Part shown: piece after piece, positions 36,828 to 47,375 of the stretch | Numbering within the stretch: position 1 is the stretch's first letter | Layout of the letters: each line of letters opens with the position of its first letter | Assembly (NCBI GenBank): GCA_964495695.1 | Contig: CAZBWR010000011.1 | Location: forward strand, 1,032-65,031 | DNA from: an uncultured Chitinophagales bacterium | GTDB lineage: Bacteria > Bacteroidota > Ignavibacteria > UBA10030 > UBA6906 | Reading direction: 5' to 3' | Length of the DNA: 64,000 nucleotides | Translations under genes and position numbers: made by a program | The notes under the pieces: model-generated | What the model saw: only the letters and a program-made list of their open reading frames with translations | The model's database searches: none | What the model was told of the DNA's origin: nothing

Positions 36828-38216
36828 ATGTTTTCATCAATCCGGAAATTACATTTTGTCGGCATCGGGGGTATCGGCATGAGCGGCATCGCCGAGATCC
36901 TGATCGACCAGGGCTTCACGATCACCGGTTCGGACAAAGCCGAGAGCGATAACACGGAGCGCATAGCCTCCCTCGGGGCAAAAGTGTTTATCGGCCATAG
37001 TGCCTCGAACCTTGATCCTGACGTCGATGTGTTGGTCTACTCATCGGCGCTGTCGCTTGACAATCCGGAGATTGTGGAGGCGCTCAACAGAAAAATCCCC
37101 GTTATCCGCAGGGCCGAGATGCTTGCCGAAGTCATGAGGCTGAAATACGGCATCGGTATAGCTGGAACGCACGGCAAAACAACCACGACATCGATGGTCA
37201 GTCTTGTGTTGATGGAAGGCAACGTCGACCCGACCGTGATTGTAGGCGGACGCCTGCGAGGACTTGCCGGCTCGAATGCGCGCTTGGGCAAGGGGGACTT
37301 CATCGTCGTTGAGGCTGATGAGTATGACCGGTCCTTCCTTTCTATCACACCAACGATTGCGGTGTTGACAACTCTGGAGACCGATCATCTTGATTGCTAC
37401 CGCGACCTGGAGGATATCAAGTCTGCCTTTATCCAGTTTGCGTCAAAGGTCCCGTTCTACGGCTTTGTGGTTCTCTGTCTCGACGAGCCCGAGTTGCAGA
37501 ACATCATGCCGAAGATCAAGAAGAAGATCATAACGTATGGATTGAACGGCCAGGCGGATCTGCAGGCTGTTGACATCCGCCACAAGGAACACACAACATC
37601 CTTCATGGTGCTGCGCGATGGCAAAGAGCTTGGCGAGGTGGTCTTGCAGATTCCGGGGAAACACAATGTGCAGAATGCCCTTGCGGCGATAGCCGTCGGG
37701 CTGGAGCTTGGTGTTCCGTTCGAGAAGGCAAAGACCGGCATTGGAAAATTCAGCGGGGTCTTCAGGCGTTGGGATGTAAAGGCTGAGGTCAATGACATTA
37801 TGGTGGTGGACGACTATGCACATCATCCGACAGAAATTGCGGTGACGTTGGCTGGTGTGAAAGCGGGGTGGCGCCGTCGTGTTGTGTGCGTGTTTCAGCC
37901 CCACCTCTATTCGCGGACAAGGGACTTCTACGAAGAGTTCGGGCGTTCGTTCTTCAACGCCGATATGCTTGTGATAACGGATGTGTACCCGGCAAGGGAA
38001 GAACCTATACAGGGAATAACGGGCGAGCTCATCGCAAACACTGCGCGGGAATTCGGCCACAAGAACGTCCACTATGTTGAAAACAAGAAAGAGGTTCCCT
38101 CGTTCCTCAAGCAGAATATGCAGCCGGGGGATATCATCATAACGATGGGCGCGGGGGACATATGGCGATACGGCGAGGAGTTTATCAAACAACTACAACA
38201 AACATCCTCTAGATAA
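36828..38216 (+). CDS. murC: UDP-MurNAc--L-Ala ligase
   Basis: HFVGIGGIGMSGIA, AGTHGKTTTT, EADEYD, DDYAHHPTE, FQPHLYSRT. Confidence 0.98.
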   Translation: MFSSIRKLHFVGIGGIGMSGIAEILIDQGFTITGSDKAESDNTERIASLGAKVFIGHSASNLDPDVDVLVYSSALSLDNPEIVEALNRKIPVIRRAEMLAEVMRLKYGIGIAGTHGKTTTTSMVSLVLMEGNVDPTVIVGGRLRGLAGSNARLGKGDFIVVEADEYDRSFLSITPTIAVLTTLETDHLDCYRDLEDIKSAFIQFASKVPFYGFVVLCLDEPELQNIMPKIKKKIITYGLNGQADLQAVDIRHKEHTTSFMVLRDGKELGEVVLQIPGKHNVQNALAAIAVGLELGVPFEKAKTGIGKFSGVFRRWDVKAEVNDIMVVDDYAHHPTEIAVTLAGVKAGWRRRVVCVFQPHLYSRTRDFYEEFGRSFFNADMLVITDVYPAREEPIQGITGELIANTAREFGHKNVHYVENKKEVPSFLKQNMQPGDIIITMGAGDIWRYGEEFIKQLQQTSSR

Positions 38217-38217
38217 C

Positions 38218-38742
38218 ATGATTTTGCTGAGTGAGATTCAGTCGTTCTTCAGAGGTTCAATCAGATTGGGTGAAGCACTTTCACGTTACACCACAATGCG
38301 GATCGGCGGGCCGGCTGACTATCTTCTGACTCCTGCGGATGATCAGGAACAAGAAACACTCATCCGCTATCTCGAACGGACCGGGTTCCCCCATTTCATT
38401 CTTCAGCCGGAAATGCTTGCAAGCGATGACGGGTTCCGTGGAGTGATCATCAATCCCCCAGGTGGTGCGTCAGCTTCGGGGGAACGCCGGTTGGAGATGT
38501 TCGAGCCGGTCGCAGAGGCTTCGGTTGAGGAACTGGTGAATCGTGTGCAGTTGAACGGTCGCACGTGGGGCGACACGGAAATAGACGGCGCTTACATCCG
38601 GAACACCGGGTACGCGCGCGCTTCGGATGTGCTCACGCTTGTACAGCACGCACAACGCACGATACTCCGTTCAACAGGTGTGCACCTTGACATAAAATTT
38701 CCTCGTGTTGGATTCAATCAAAGAATAACGCAGGTAGTGTAA
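38218..38742 (+). CDS. Internally deleted, catalytically degenerate MurB-like protein (174 aa)
   Basis: EALSRYTTMRIGGPADY and ARASDVLTL...TGVHL match the MurB N- and C-termini. GxGSN, GIPG/MNAG and the central region are absent. Confidence 0.8.
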   Translation: MILLSEIQSFFRGSIRLGEALSRYTTMRIGGPADYLLTPADDQEQETLIRYLERTGFPHFILQPEMLASDDGFRGVIINPPGGASASGERRLEMFEPVAEASVEELVNRVQLNGRTWGDTEIDGAYIRNTGYARASDVLTLVQHAQRTILRSTGVHLDIKFPRVGFNQRITQVV

Positions 38743-38743
38743 G

Positions 38744-39517
38744 ATGGCGGCGGTACAGGAAGAGAGCAAACAGGGCAAAAGCCACAAGCTTCAGTATGCG
38801 TTGATGACGTTGCTCGTCTGCGTCCTGACGGGAATGGCCTTTTACGCGAACAAGTGGAAGGAGGATCGTCGTGTATCGCAGGTGATGGTCGACAACAACC
38901 GGCTCGTACAGACGAAAGACATTCTCGCGCTTGCTGCCATTCCGCCGGACAGCAAGTTGTTCGATCTGGATTTGTATGCGATTGAACAGCGGCTACTCAA
39001 GAATCCGTTCATTCGCTCGGTTGGCGTTCACCGCGATCTGCCGAACAGAATACGGCTTTCCATTACGGAACGGGTGCCTGTCGCTGCGATTCTTGCGGAT
39101 GGCATGAAGTACGTTGATGACGAAGGATTCGTCCTTCCTCCGATACGTTCACAGCACATTTTTGATTTGCCCGTCTTGACAGGGACCATTCCGGCAAATG
39201 ACCTTGTGCAAGGAAAAAGAACCGGGAATAATATGATTCATGAAGCACTTGCGTTTCTTCGACTCGCGCAGGAAGTGAATCGTGATCTTTACAGCAACAT
39301 CTCAGAGGTTCGGCTCGCATCCGGCGGCGACCTGCTGTTCTATACGGCGGAGTTCGGTATCCCCGTCATCCTCGCTAAAGAGAATCTCGGGGCGCGGTTG
39401 GTAACATTCGAAGGATTCTGGAAGGAGATAGTTGTGCGCGAAGGTGCGCACAGGCTTCAGTATATTGATTTACGTTTTCAGGACAAGGTTGTGGTTCGCT
39501 GGTCACAGGCATCATAG
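38744..39517 (+). CDS. ftsQ: Cell division protein FtsQ/DivIB
   Basis: TM helix, POTRA domain (LPNRIRLSITERVP), C-terminal IDLRF. Position before ftsA. Confidence 0.92.
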   Translation: MAAVQEESKQGKSHKLQYALMTLLVCVLTGMAFYANKWKEDRRVSQVMVDNNRLVQTKDILALAAIPPDSKLFDLDLYAIEQRLLKNPFIRSVGVHRDLPNRIRLSITERVPVAAILADGMKYVDDEGFVLPPIRSQHIFDLPVLTGTIPANDLVQGKRTGNNMIHEALAFLRLAQEVNRDLYSNISEVRLASGGDLLFYTAEFGIPVILAKENLGARLVTFEGFWKEIVVREGAHRLQYIDLRFQDKVVVRWSQAS

Positions 39518-39561
39518 AGCTGCAACGGCAAGGACTTCACTTTCTCATAAAGGACTGCATT

Positions 39562-40827
39562 ATGGATAATATCATCGTCGGGTTGGATATCGGGACCACA
39601 AAGGTCTGTGCTGTAGTGGCTGGAACGGATGAGAACGGGCGCATCAACATCCTCGGTTTGGGAAGAGCACCGTCGGAGGGGATGATGCGGGGTGTTGTGA
39701 CGAACATCGATCGGACAATCAGATCGATTCGCGCGGCGGTGGATGAAGCGAGTTCGCAATCCGGCGTGAATATTCAGGACGTCATCGTCGGAATCGCCGG
39801 CGATCATATTCAGAGTTTCCAAAGCCGCGGCGTAATCGCCATCAGTGGTCCCGACCATGAAGTCACCCAGGCGGATATCGACCGTCTGATCGAGGATACC
39901 AAGCGTGTCGCGCTCCCGTCAGACAGAAAGATCATACATGTCATCCCTCAGGAGTTCATTATTGACGGGCAGGATGGCGTGTACGATCCTCTGGGCATGT
40001 CCGGCGTTCGCATGGAGGCGAATGTTCACATCATTACGGGACTCGTTACGGCTGCCCAGAACATCTACAAATGTGTGCAGCGGGCAGACCTACAAGTGCA
40101 GGATATGGTTCTCGAACCGCTCGCATCAAGCTATGCTGTTCTTGACGACCAGGAGAAGGAAGTCGGTGTTGCACTGCTCGATGTCGGCGGGGGAACGACG
40201 GACCTGGCAGTGTTCGAAGAGCGGACCATCAGACATACGGCCGTTATAGGCATCGCCGGACGCAAAGTGACAGACGACGTCCGGAAAGGGCTCGGCATAC
40301 TCAACGAGCAGGCTGAGAAGTTGAAGAAAGAGCATGGTTTTGCATTCCTCCCCGCGGTGGTCGATAATGATCCGATAGTGCTTCCCGGTGTTGGCGGCCG
40401 TCCCCCGATAGAGATCGACAAGCGACTTCTCGCTCAAATCATCCAACCGCGCATGGAAGAGATCTTCGAAATCGCCGCATTGGAAATCAAACGGTCAGGT
40501 TATGCCAAACATCTCTCCGCCGGTGTTGTGCTCACGGGCGGCGGTGCGTTGGTGAAGGGGACCGCTGAACTGGCAAGAGAAGTCCTTGGTATGCCAGTCA
40601 AAATCGGAATACCTTCAGGTTTCGCCGGCGGACTTATTCGGGAGATCGAGAATCCTGTCTACGCAACAGCGGTAGGACTTGTCTATCACGGCCTGAAGAC
40701 GCAGGAACAGACCGGCAACGATATGGGAGAACCCGCAACGGAAACTAGCGGAAGCAAGGTCCGCCGGGTGCTCGATGGCGGTGGAGGTTTCATGGGAAAA
40801 CTGAAAAACTGGTTTGACGAACTGTAA
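39562..40827 (+). CDS. ftsA: Cell division protein FtsA
   Basis: GLDIGTTKV, DVGGGTT, LTGGGA, YATAVGL, C-terminal amphipathic KLKNWFDEL. Confidence 0.98.
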   Translation: MDNIIVGLDIGTTKVCAVVAGTDENGRINILGLGRAPSEGMMRGVVTNIDRTIRSIRAAVDEASSQSGVNIQDVIVGIAGDHIQSFQSRGVIAISGPDHEVTQADIDRLIEDTKRVALPSDRKIIHVIPQEFIIDGQDGVYDPLGMSGVRMEANVHIITGLVTAAQNIYKCVQRADLQVQDMVLEPLASSYAVLDDQEKEVGVALLDVGGGTTDLAVFEERTIRHTAVIGIAGRKVTDDVRKGLGILNEQAEKLKKEHGFAFLPAVVDNDPIVLPGVGGRPPIEIDKRLLAQIIQPRMEEIFEIAALEIKRSGYAKHLSAGVVLTGGGALVKGTAELAREVLGMPVKIGIPSGFAGGLIREIENPVYATAVGLVYHGLKTQEQTGNDMGEPATETSGSKVRRVLDGGGGFMGKLKNWFDEL

Positions 40828-40899
40828 GGGAAATCAACTAATGAGAATGAACCGCAACGAATGTATAATCAACCACACACACTTTAAGGAGGAACTCCT

Positions 40900-42093
40900 G
40901 TGATTGAACTCGACAACCAATTCGAGACCGGCGCGAAGATTCGTGTCGTTGGAGTCGGTGGCGGAGGAGGCAATGCCGTGCACAGTATGATCGAGCGTGG
41001 CATGCAGGGGGTGGATTTCTTCGCCATCAACACAGATATGCAGGCGCTCGAGCGCAACGCTGCTAAAAACAAGGTTCAGATCGGCAAGAGCCTGACTCGC
41101 GGACTCGGCGCCGGGGCTGATCCTATTGTCGGACATCGAGCCGTGGAAGAGGATCGTGACGAAATTGCCCGTGCGCTTGCCGGCAGCGACATGGTGTTCG
41201 TTACCGCCGGCATGGGTGGTGGAACGGGAACCGGAGGCGCACCTCTCGTGGCAAACATCGCCAAGAGTGTCGGAGCGCTCGTCGTCGGCATCGTGACCCG
41301 CCCGTTCACGTGTGAAGGGAAGAAGCGCAACGCGCAGGCAGACATGGGCATCGAAGAAATGCGCAAGCAAGTTGACACGCTTATCGTGATTCCCAATCAG
41401 AAACTCCTGACGATCGTCGAGAGAACAACGCCGTTGCAGGCCGCGTTCGATATCGCCAATGATGTGCTGTACGGCGCGACGCGCGGCATCTCCGAAGTCA
41501 TTACCGTTCCCGGCCTGATCAATGTGGACTTTGCCGATGTCAGGACGGTGATGAAAGAGATGGGCGATGCCGTCATGGGTACCGGAATCGCAAAGGGCGA
41601 GAATAGGGCCATCGAGGCGGCTAACCTCGCAATCTCAAGTCCGCTGCTTGAAGATGTTTCGATTGCAGGTGCTCAGGGAGTTCTCGTGAACGTTACGGGC
41701 GGTTCGGACATGTCGCTTATTGAGATCGAAGAAGCGACAGAAATCATCCACGAAGCCGCTGGCGAGGATGTGAATGTCATACTCGGAGCAGTTATCGACG
41801 AAAAGATGACGGATGAACTGATGGTGACAGTGATTGCCACGGGATTCAACCGCAGAGGACCCGCTTCACAGGCTACAAGCATCCGCCCTGCGGTGAAAAC
41901 ACCGAAGGTCGTTGAGCGCATTCCGACGGGTGTGACGGAATTGAAGGGATACGAACCGCCGGCGTACGAACGAAGGGGCATTCCTATCAACTTCCAGGCG
42001 TATAATTCACCCGGGGAGAAGACCGAGGATAGACAGAAGATAGACAAGAACGATCCTGAGAAACCGGCATTTCTCAGGAAGATCATGGATTAA
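40900..42093 (+). CDS. ftsZ: Cell division protein FtsZ
   Basis: GVGGGGGNAV, GMGGGTGTG, INVDFADV, C-terminal PAFLRK. GTG start with AGGAGG RBS. Confidence 0.99.
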   Translation: MIELDNQFETGAKIRVVGVGGGGGNAVHSMIERGMQGVDFFAINTDMQALERNAAKNKVQIGKSLTRGLGAGADPIVGHRAVEEDRDEIARALAGSDMVFVTAGMGGGTGTGGAPLVANIAKSVGALVVGIVTRPFTCEGKKRNAQADMGIEEMRKQVDTLIVIPNQKLLTIVERTTPLQAAFDIANDVLYGATRGISEVITVPGLINVDFADVRTVMKEMGDAVMGTGIAKGENRAIEAANLAISSPLLEDVSIAGAQGVLVNVTGGSDMSLIEIEEATEIIHEAAGEDVNVILGAVIDEKMTDELMVTVIATGFNRRGPASQATSIRPAVKTPKVVERIPTGVTELKGYEPPAYERRGIPINFQAYNSPGEKTEDRQKIDKNDPEKPAFLRKIMD

Positions 42094-42097
42094 TTTT

Positions 42098-42142
42098 CAA
42101 CGCACAGCCCATCTGTGAGCGTGTGGGCTGTGTTGCTTCTTG
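42098..42142 (+). terminator. Hairpin after ftsZ
   Basis: CACAGCCCA...TGGGCTGTG followed by a pyrimidine tract. Confidence 0.6.
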
Positions 42143-42150
42143 CCTTCCCT

Positions 42151-42189
42151 AAAATAAAAACACCGTCGGGCGTTCGCCGGACGGTGTTT
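42151..42189 (-). terminator. Intrinsic terminator of the atp operon
   Basis: AAACACCGTC...GACGGTGTTT with TTTTTATTTT on the minus strand. Confidence 0.8.
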
Positions 42190-42216
42190 CTTTCTGTCTT
42201 CCGAGTATCTATCTCA

Positions 42217-43101
42217 CTAACCCGCCTGCTGCAGGGCCTCCGCTCCACCAACGATTTCCAGGAGTTCGCTCGTGATCGACGCTTGTCTCGCCTTGTTGTA
42301 AGAAAGCTGGAGGGCCGAGATAAGCTCCGAGGCGTTCGATGTGGCATTTTCCATAGCCGCCATACGCGCTCCCTGCTCCGATGCGTTGCTTTCAAGCAGC
42401 GCTTTCCAGACAACGAAGTTCAAATGTTTCGGAACGAGCGAATCCATGATTGCGAGATCCGACGGCTCGTAAATGTAATCTACGTTGCGTTGCGTTGATG
42501 CTTCCATCTCCGCCTTCGGGATAGGGAGAAATTGTTCGATGACCCCCTTCTGCTGGGCAACGGATTTGAATTCGTTGTAGATGATGTCCACCTGATCAAA
42601 CCCACCCTTGAGATACCCGTCCAGGACGTCCCGGGCGACACTCTGCGCCTGGCTAAAGACGAGGTTGTTGTACACGCCGATGTACTTGCCGGCGATAGTG
42701 TACCCCCGCTTCGTGAAGTAATCCGCGCCTTTCTTTCCAACGCAGAAAAGTCTCACTTTTCCCTGTGCATTCAACTCCGCGTAATTTGCTTGGATATGCC
42801 GCTCGGCCAATTTCACAAGGTTCGAGTTGAATGCGCCGCACAACCCGCGGTCGGACGTCACCACAACCACCGCAACGGCATGAACGGGCCTGATGGCGAT
42901 GAAAGGGTTCATTGCCGTCGCAGGATTGGCGGAAAGCAACTGCAGCAACTCCTTCATCTTGCCCGCGTACGGCCGGGCCTGGACGACGTTGCTTTGCGCC
43001 CGCCGGAGCTTTGCCGCGGCGACCATCTTCATCGCCTTGGTGATCTTCTGCGTCTTCTTCACGCCGACGATGCGCCCGCGTATTTCGCGTAATGATGGCA
43101 T
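42217..43101 (-). CDS. atpG: ATP synthase gamma subunit
   Basis: KITKAMKMVAAAKL, SDRGLCGAFN, RMAAMENATSNA, NKARQASIT. Confidence 0.99.
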   Translation of the reverse strand: MPSLREIRGRIVGVKKTQKITKAMKMVAAAKLRRAQSNVVQARPYAGKMKELLQLLSANPATAMNPFIAIRPVHAVAVVVVTSDRGLCGAFNSNLVKLAERHIQANYAELNAQGKVRLFCVGKKGADYFTKRGYTIAGKYIGVYNNLVFSQAQSVARDVLDGYLKGGFDQVDIIYNEFKSVAQQKGVIEQFLPIPKAEMEASTQRNVDYIYEPSDLAIMDSLVPKHLNFVVWKALLESNASEQGARMAAMENATSNASELISALQLSYNKARQASITSELLEIVGGAEALQQAG

Positions 43102-44657
43102 TATTTTTTCACTGTCACTTTGAATGAGTCCGTAAACTGCTGGAGAACAGTCTTCAGTCTGGCAGTGATATCATCTGTCAGGTCTTTCTTCTCGGAGATC
43201 TGAGTGAGAAGATCGGCATGTTTCATTTCCAGCATTTCAAGCAACTCGTGCTCGTAGCGACCGACGTGCTCGACGGGAATTTCGTCAAGGTAGCCGTTTG
43301 TTCCCGCGTAGATCGACACAACCTGCTTCTCGACGGTCATCGGGACATACTGCCCCTGCTTCAGCAACTCCACGAGGCGAGCCCCGCGGCGTAACTGCTG
43401 GAGTGTTGCCTTGTCGAGGTCGGAGCCGAACTTTGCGAAGGCTTCGAGTTCACGATACTGTGCAAGTTCCAGGCGGAGACGTCCGGCGACCTTTTTCATC
43501 GCCTTGATCTGGGCGTTGCCGCCGACGCGGGACACCGAGATACCGACGTTGATCGCAGGCCGGATACCCGCGTTGAACATACTTGCTTCGAGATAGATCT
43601 GTCCGTCAGTGATCGAGATGACGTTTGTAGGGATATACGCAGAAACGTCACCTGCCTGCGTTTCAATGACCGGGAGAGCCGTAAGGCTTCCGCCGCCAAG
43701 CTGATCGTTGAGCTTTGATGCGCGCTCGAGCAGGCGCGAATGCAAATAGAACACATCCCCGGGGTATGCTTCACGTCCGGGAGGCCGGCGAAGGAGAAGA
43801 GAAACCTGGCGGTATGCCTGCGCTTGCTTTGTCAGATCGTCATACACAACAAGGGCATGGCGTCCACTGTCGCGGAAGAACTCACCGAGCGTCGCGCCGG
43901 AGTACGGAGAGACAAATTGCATCGGTGCCGGATCGGTCGCAGTGGCTGCAATAACCGTTGTGTAGGCCATTGCGCCTTCCTGCTCGAGCTTGTCAACAAC
44001 CTGGGCTACGGTGGAGCTCTTCTGGCCGATGGCAACGTAGATGCAGTACACCGGCTTTACCCCTTCTTTCTTCGCCTTCTCGGTGTGCGTATGCTTCTGG
44101 TTGATAATGGTGTCAATGGCGATTGCCGTTTTACCGGTTTGCCGGTCGCCGATGATCAACTCGCGCTGTCCGCGGCCGATAGGAATCATGCCATCTACCG
44201 CCTTGAGGCCCGTTTGCAAGGGCTCTTTCACCGGAGCGCGGGCCACAACGCCGAGTGCCTTCCGTTCAATCGGGAGGATTTTCTCGGTTTTAATAGGGCC
44301 GCGGCCGTCGATGGGCTGGCCAAGTGCGTTGATGACGCGGCCCAGCATGCTTTCGCCGACGGGAATTGAGGCAACGCGTCCCGTGCGTTTCACGGTGTCG
44401 CCTTCCTTGATTTCGCTGCTTTCGCCAAACAGGATGCATCCGACATTGTCTTCTTCGAGATTGAGGACCATGCCGAACACGCCGTGCGGGAATTCGATGA
44501 GCTCGCTCATCACAGCCTTTGAGAGGCCGTAGACGCGTGCAACACCGTCACCGATCTGAAGCACGGTTCCAACATCATAGACATCCGTCTCCTTCTCGAA
44601 TCCTGCAAGCTGCTTGCGGAGTATCGCCGAGACTTCGTCCGGTCTAACTTCTGCCAT
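43101..44657 (-). CDS. atpA: ATP synthase alpha subunit
   Basis: [24 protein letters not shown]. Confidence 0.99.
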   Translation of the reverse strand: MAEVRPDEVSAILRKQLAGFEKETDVYDVGTVLQIGDGVARVYGLSKAVMSELIEFPHGVFGMVLNLEEDNVGCILFGESSEIKEGDTVKRTGRVASIPVGESMLGRVINALGQPIDGRGPIKTEKILPIERKALGVVARAPVKEPLQTGLKAVDGMIPIGRGQRELIIGDRQTGKTAIAIDTIINQKHTHTEKAKKEGVKPVYCIYVAIGQKSSTVAQVVDKLEQEGAMAYTTVIAATATDPAPMQFVSPYSGATLGEFFRDSGRHALVVYDDLTKQAQAYRQVSLLLRRPPGREAYPGDVFYLHSRLLERASKLNDQLGGGSLTALPVIETQAGDVSAYIPTNVISITDGQIYLEASMFNAGIRPAINVGISVSRVGGNAQIKAMKKVAGRLRLELAQYRELEAFAKFGSDLDKATLQQLRRGARLVELLKQGQYVPMTVEKQVVSIYAGTNGYLDEIPVEHVGRYEHELLEMLEMKHADLLTQISEKKDLTDDITARLKTVLQQFTDSFKVTVKK

Positions 44658-44700
44658 AACGTATGCCTTCGTAATTCTTTGTGAGTTTCAAACCAGGGTT

Positions 44701-45252
44701 TTAGTTCAATGCGTGTCCGTGTGTGAACCGCTCGCGCATCACCTCAAGCTGGTGCTTCACGCTTGCATCAAGCACCGTGTCGCCTATCCTGACCAGCAAT
44801 CCTCCCTGCAGCGCTTTGTCCTGCGAAAACCGTATACGCACTTTCTTCTTCGTGAATTGCTCCAGTCTGGATGCGAGACTCTCCTGCTGCTGCTTGGTGA
44901 TCTCGACAGCCGACGAGACGTCAACGTTCACAATGCCATACTTCTCGTCACGCAGGGCAAGGAAACGGTCTACAATCGCAGGCAGCGCCTGTTCGCGCCC
45001 CTTGTATGTGACCATCTCAATGAACTCCATAGTTGCCTTGCCAATCGTTTTGCCGAAGAGTTCACGAAACACCTGAATCTTCTTTTCGGCCGGCACTATA
45101 GGGCTGTTGACAAACTGCTTGAATGTGCGCTCGGTATCAAAGAGACGCTTGATGGTTTCCAGGTCCCCGGCGAGCTGGTCGATTGCCTTGGTCGATTCCG
45201 CCGTCATCATCAGCGCCTTTGCATAGCGGCGTCCCACGCGAGTGTTCTTCAT
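44701..45252 (-). CDS. atpH: ATP synthase delta subunit
   Basis: RRYAKAL, GGLLVRIGDTVLDASV. Confidence 0.96.
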   Translation of the reverse strand: MKNTRVGRRYAKALMMTAESTKAIDQLAGDLETIKRLFDTERTFKQFVNSPIVPAEKKIQVFRELFGKTIGKATMEFIEMVTYKGREQALPAIVDRFLALRDEKYGIVNVDVSSAVEITKQQQESLASRLEQFTKKKVRIRFSQDKALQGGLLVRIGDTVLDASVKHQLEVMRERFTHGHALN

Positions 45253-45257
45253 GAGGC

Positions 45258-45743
45258 TCAGCTCGCTCTGATGTCTTTGATGACCGTGTCCACCAACTGG
45301 CGGTGCTTGTTGACGTCGAGGTTCGCGTCGATGATCTTGCCGGCGGCAAGGACTGCGAGATCCGCCACCTCGCCGCGCAGTTGTTGCAATGCGGCATCCT
45401 TCTCACGGCGGATTTCATCCTTTGCCTGCTCGATCATGGTACGCGAGGTGGCGCTTGCCTTGTCGAGGATTTCCGCTTTCAGCTTTTCGCCCATTTCTCG
45501 CCCTTCACGGATCGCCTGCTGTGCGTGCGCCTCGGCTTGTGCAAGCTGCCGTTTGTTTTCCTCGAGCAACTTCTTCGCTTCGGCTTGTGCTTCCTCCGCT
45601 TGCTGTAACGCCGTGCGGATTTGCTCTTCACGCGAAGTGAGTGCGTGCGTCAAGGGCTTCCAGGCAAATTTGCCGAGCGCCGCCATCGTGAGGAGGAACG
45701 TCACGATCGTCCAAAAGATCAAGCCCGTGTTGAGTTCTAACAT
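45258..45743 (-). CDS. atpF: ATP synthase subunit b
   Basis: GLIFWTI TM helix, KFAWKP, long coiled coil. Confidence 0.96.
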   Translation of the reverse strand: MLELNTGLIFWTIVTFLLTMAALGKFAWKPLTHALTSREEQIRTALQQAEEAQAEAKKLLEENKRQLAQAEAHAQQAIREGREMGEKLKAEILDKASATSRTMIEQAKDEIRREKDAALQQLRGEVADLAVLAAGKIIDANLDVNKHRQLVDTVIKDIRAS

Positions 45744-45768
45744 GGTTGTTCCTTTACGTGGGAGTCTG

Positions 45769-45996
45769 TTACTTCAATGCGAGAAGGATGCAGATAACGA
45801 GCGAAAAGAAGGTTGCGCCTTCGATAAGGGCTGCCGCAATAATCATCGATGTACGGATTGCGCCCGCTGCCTCCGGCTGACGTCCGCTTGCTTCCATTGC
45901 CGCCGCTGCAAGCTTGCCGATGCCGAGTCCCGCCCCGATGATCGTGATGGCTGCTCCGAGACCTGCTGCGAGATATGCCCAACCTAATGCTTCCAT
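45769..45996 (-). CDS. atpE: ATP synthase subunit c
   Basis: GAGLGIG, RQPE, ALIEG (proton-binding Glu). Confidence 0.98.
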   Translation of the reverse strand: MEALGWAYLAAGLGAAITIIGAGLGIGKLAAAAMEASGRQPEAAGAIRTSMIIAAALIEGATFFSLVICILLALK

Positions 45997-46053
45997 GTGT
46001 TTCTCCTAACGAATGATATGATGATTTGTGGTGTGTTCTGTGTACTTCGAAAC

Positions 46054-46983
46054 TTAGTGTGCGTGTTCTTCACCGTGTCCCTCGCCGTGCCCTGCTTGCA
46101 TGCCGAGACCCATGAAGATGCATGTCAGCATTGTGAAAACATACGCTTGGAGGAATGCCACGAACAACTCCAGAAAGTTGATGGCTACGATAAAGCCGGC
46201 TGCCAAAACCCCGATGGCGTAACTCTTGAACAAGAAGATCAGTCCGATGAGGGAAACGATAACAAGATGGCCCCCCGTCATGTTCGCAAAAAGACGGATG
46301 CAGAGCGCAAACGGCTTCGTGAACAACCCGAGAATCTCAATCGGGATCATAATGGGCCAGAGGAACACCGGTACACCGCCGGTGAGGTGTGCAAGATAGT
46401 GCTTCACTCCTTGCGCGCGGATAGCGGAAACCTGAATCATGATGAACGCGATTGTCGCAAGACCTGCCGTGACGCTGATATTGCCAGTCGCAGAGGAGCC
46501 CCACGGCACAAGGCCGAGGAGGTTCATGATCAGGATGAAGAAGAATGTTGTAAGCACGTACGGCATGTAGCGCAACCCGTCGCGGCCCATGTTCGGCACA
46601 ACGATCTCATCCCGCACAAACTTGACGAATACCTCGACGACATTTCCCCAACCTTTCGGAACGCGGCTCTTTGTGTTCTGGCGTGCCGCCAACACGGCAA
46701 GGACGAACAGGATTACAGCCGCAACCCAGAGAAACACGACGTGTTTTGTAATGGAAAGGTCGATGCTGATGCCGGCGATTTCTATCGGAGCGAACTGCGG
46801 AAGATGAACATGAGCAAAGGGAAGGTGAAGCTCTTTCTCGTCCTGCACGTGTGAGAAGAGCTTTTGGAACATCTCTCCGACACTCATTTCACCGGATTTG
46901 GCGGCGAGGGTGTCCGGTAGCGCGGGAGCAGCGGAATGCGCTGTGGCAGTGTCTGTTCCTTGAAAAAATGTCAGCAGATTCAC
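46054..46983 (-). CDS. atpB: ATP synthase subunit a
   Basis: KPFALCIRLFANMTGGH, LQAYVF. GTG start. Confidence 0.97.
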   Translation of the reverse strand: MNLLTFFQGTDTATAHSAAPALPDTLAAKSGEMSVGEMFQKLFSHVQDEKELHLPFAHVHLPQFAPIEIAGISIDLSITKHVVFLWVAAVILFVLAVLAARQNTKSRVPKGWGNVVEVFVKFVRDEIVVPNMGRDGLRYMPYVLTTFFFILIMNLLGLVPWGSSATGNISVTAGLATIAFIMIQVSAIRAQGVKHYLAHLTGGVPVFLWPIMIPIEILGLFTKPFALCIRLFANMTGGHLVIVSLIGLIFLFKSYAIGVLAAGFIVAINFLELFVAFLQAYVFTMLTCIFMGLGMQAGHGEGHGEEHAH

Positions 46984-47375
46984 GTAAAACTCTTTTCTGT
47001 GTTTGAAACTTTTTTCTGTATGTAGAGAATCTCGAGCACCAGATAGACTGCATGATACCCGAGAACCGAAACTGCTAAACCGACCATGTGCATTCCTGCA
47101 AACACGATCAGGACAACCATCAATCCCAGCGTCACAACCATCCGTATTCCCATGCCGCCGAGAACGGCCTTCATGAATGTGTTGTGGGATTTATCGAGGG
47201 AATATTCGATTGCAAAAAAGCCGGCCATGACATTGATCGTGCTGATGACCGCGCCTGTGATAACAGCAAGAGCGATATCAACAGAGCCGATTTTGGCGAG
47301 CGGGATTGCCGCAATCAGCAGTCCTGCCACGAAAGTCACAGCCACCTGGATCGGGAAGCGTTTGTTGATATTCAT
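46980..47375 (-). CDS. atpI: ATP synthase protein I (4-TM)
   Basis: Four hydrophobic helices, GMGIRM motif. Overlaps the atpB start. Confidence 0.75.
   Translation of the reverse strand: MNINKRFPIQVAVTFVAGLLIAAIPLAKIGSVDIALAVITGAVISTINVMAGFFAIEYSLDKSHNTFMKAVLGGMGIRMVVTLGLMVVLIVFAGMHMVGLAVSVLGYHAVYLVLEILYIQKKVSNTEKSFT

Noticed and set aside
36828-39517. Absence of ddl from the dcw cluster
   Set aside because: ddl is commonly located elsewhere in FCB-group genomes.
46977-46990. Degenerate parS-like GATTCACGTAAAAC at the atpI/atpB junction
   Set aside because: Two mismatches in the 14-bp core break the palindrome; plausible by chance.
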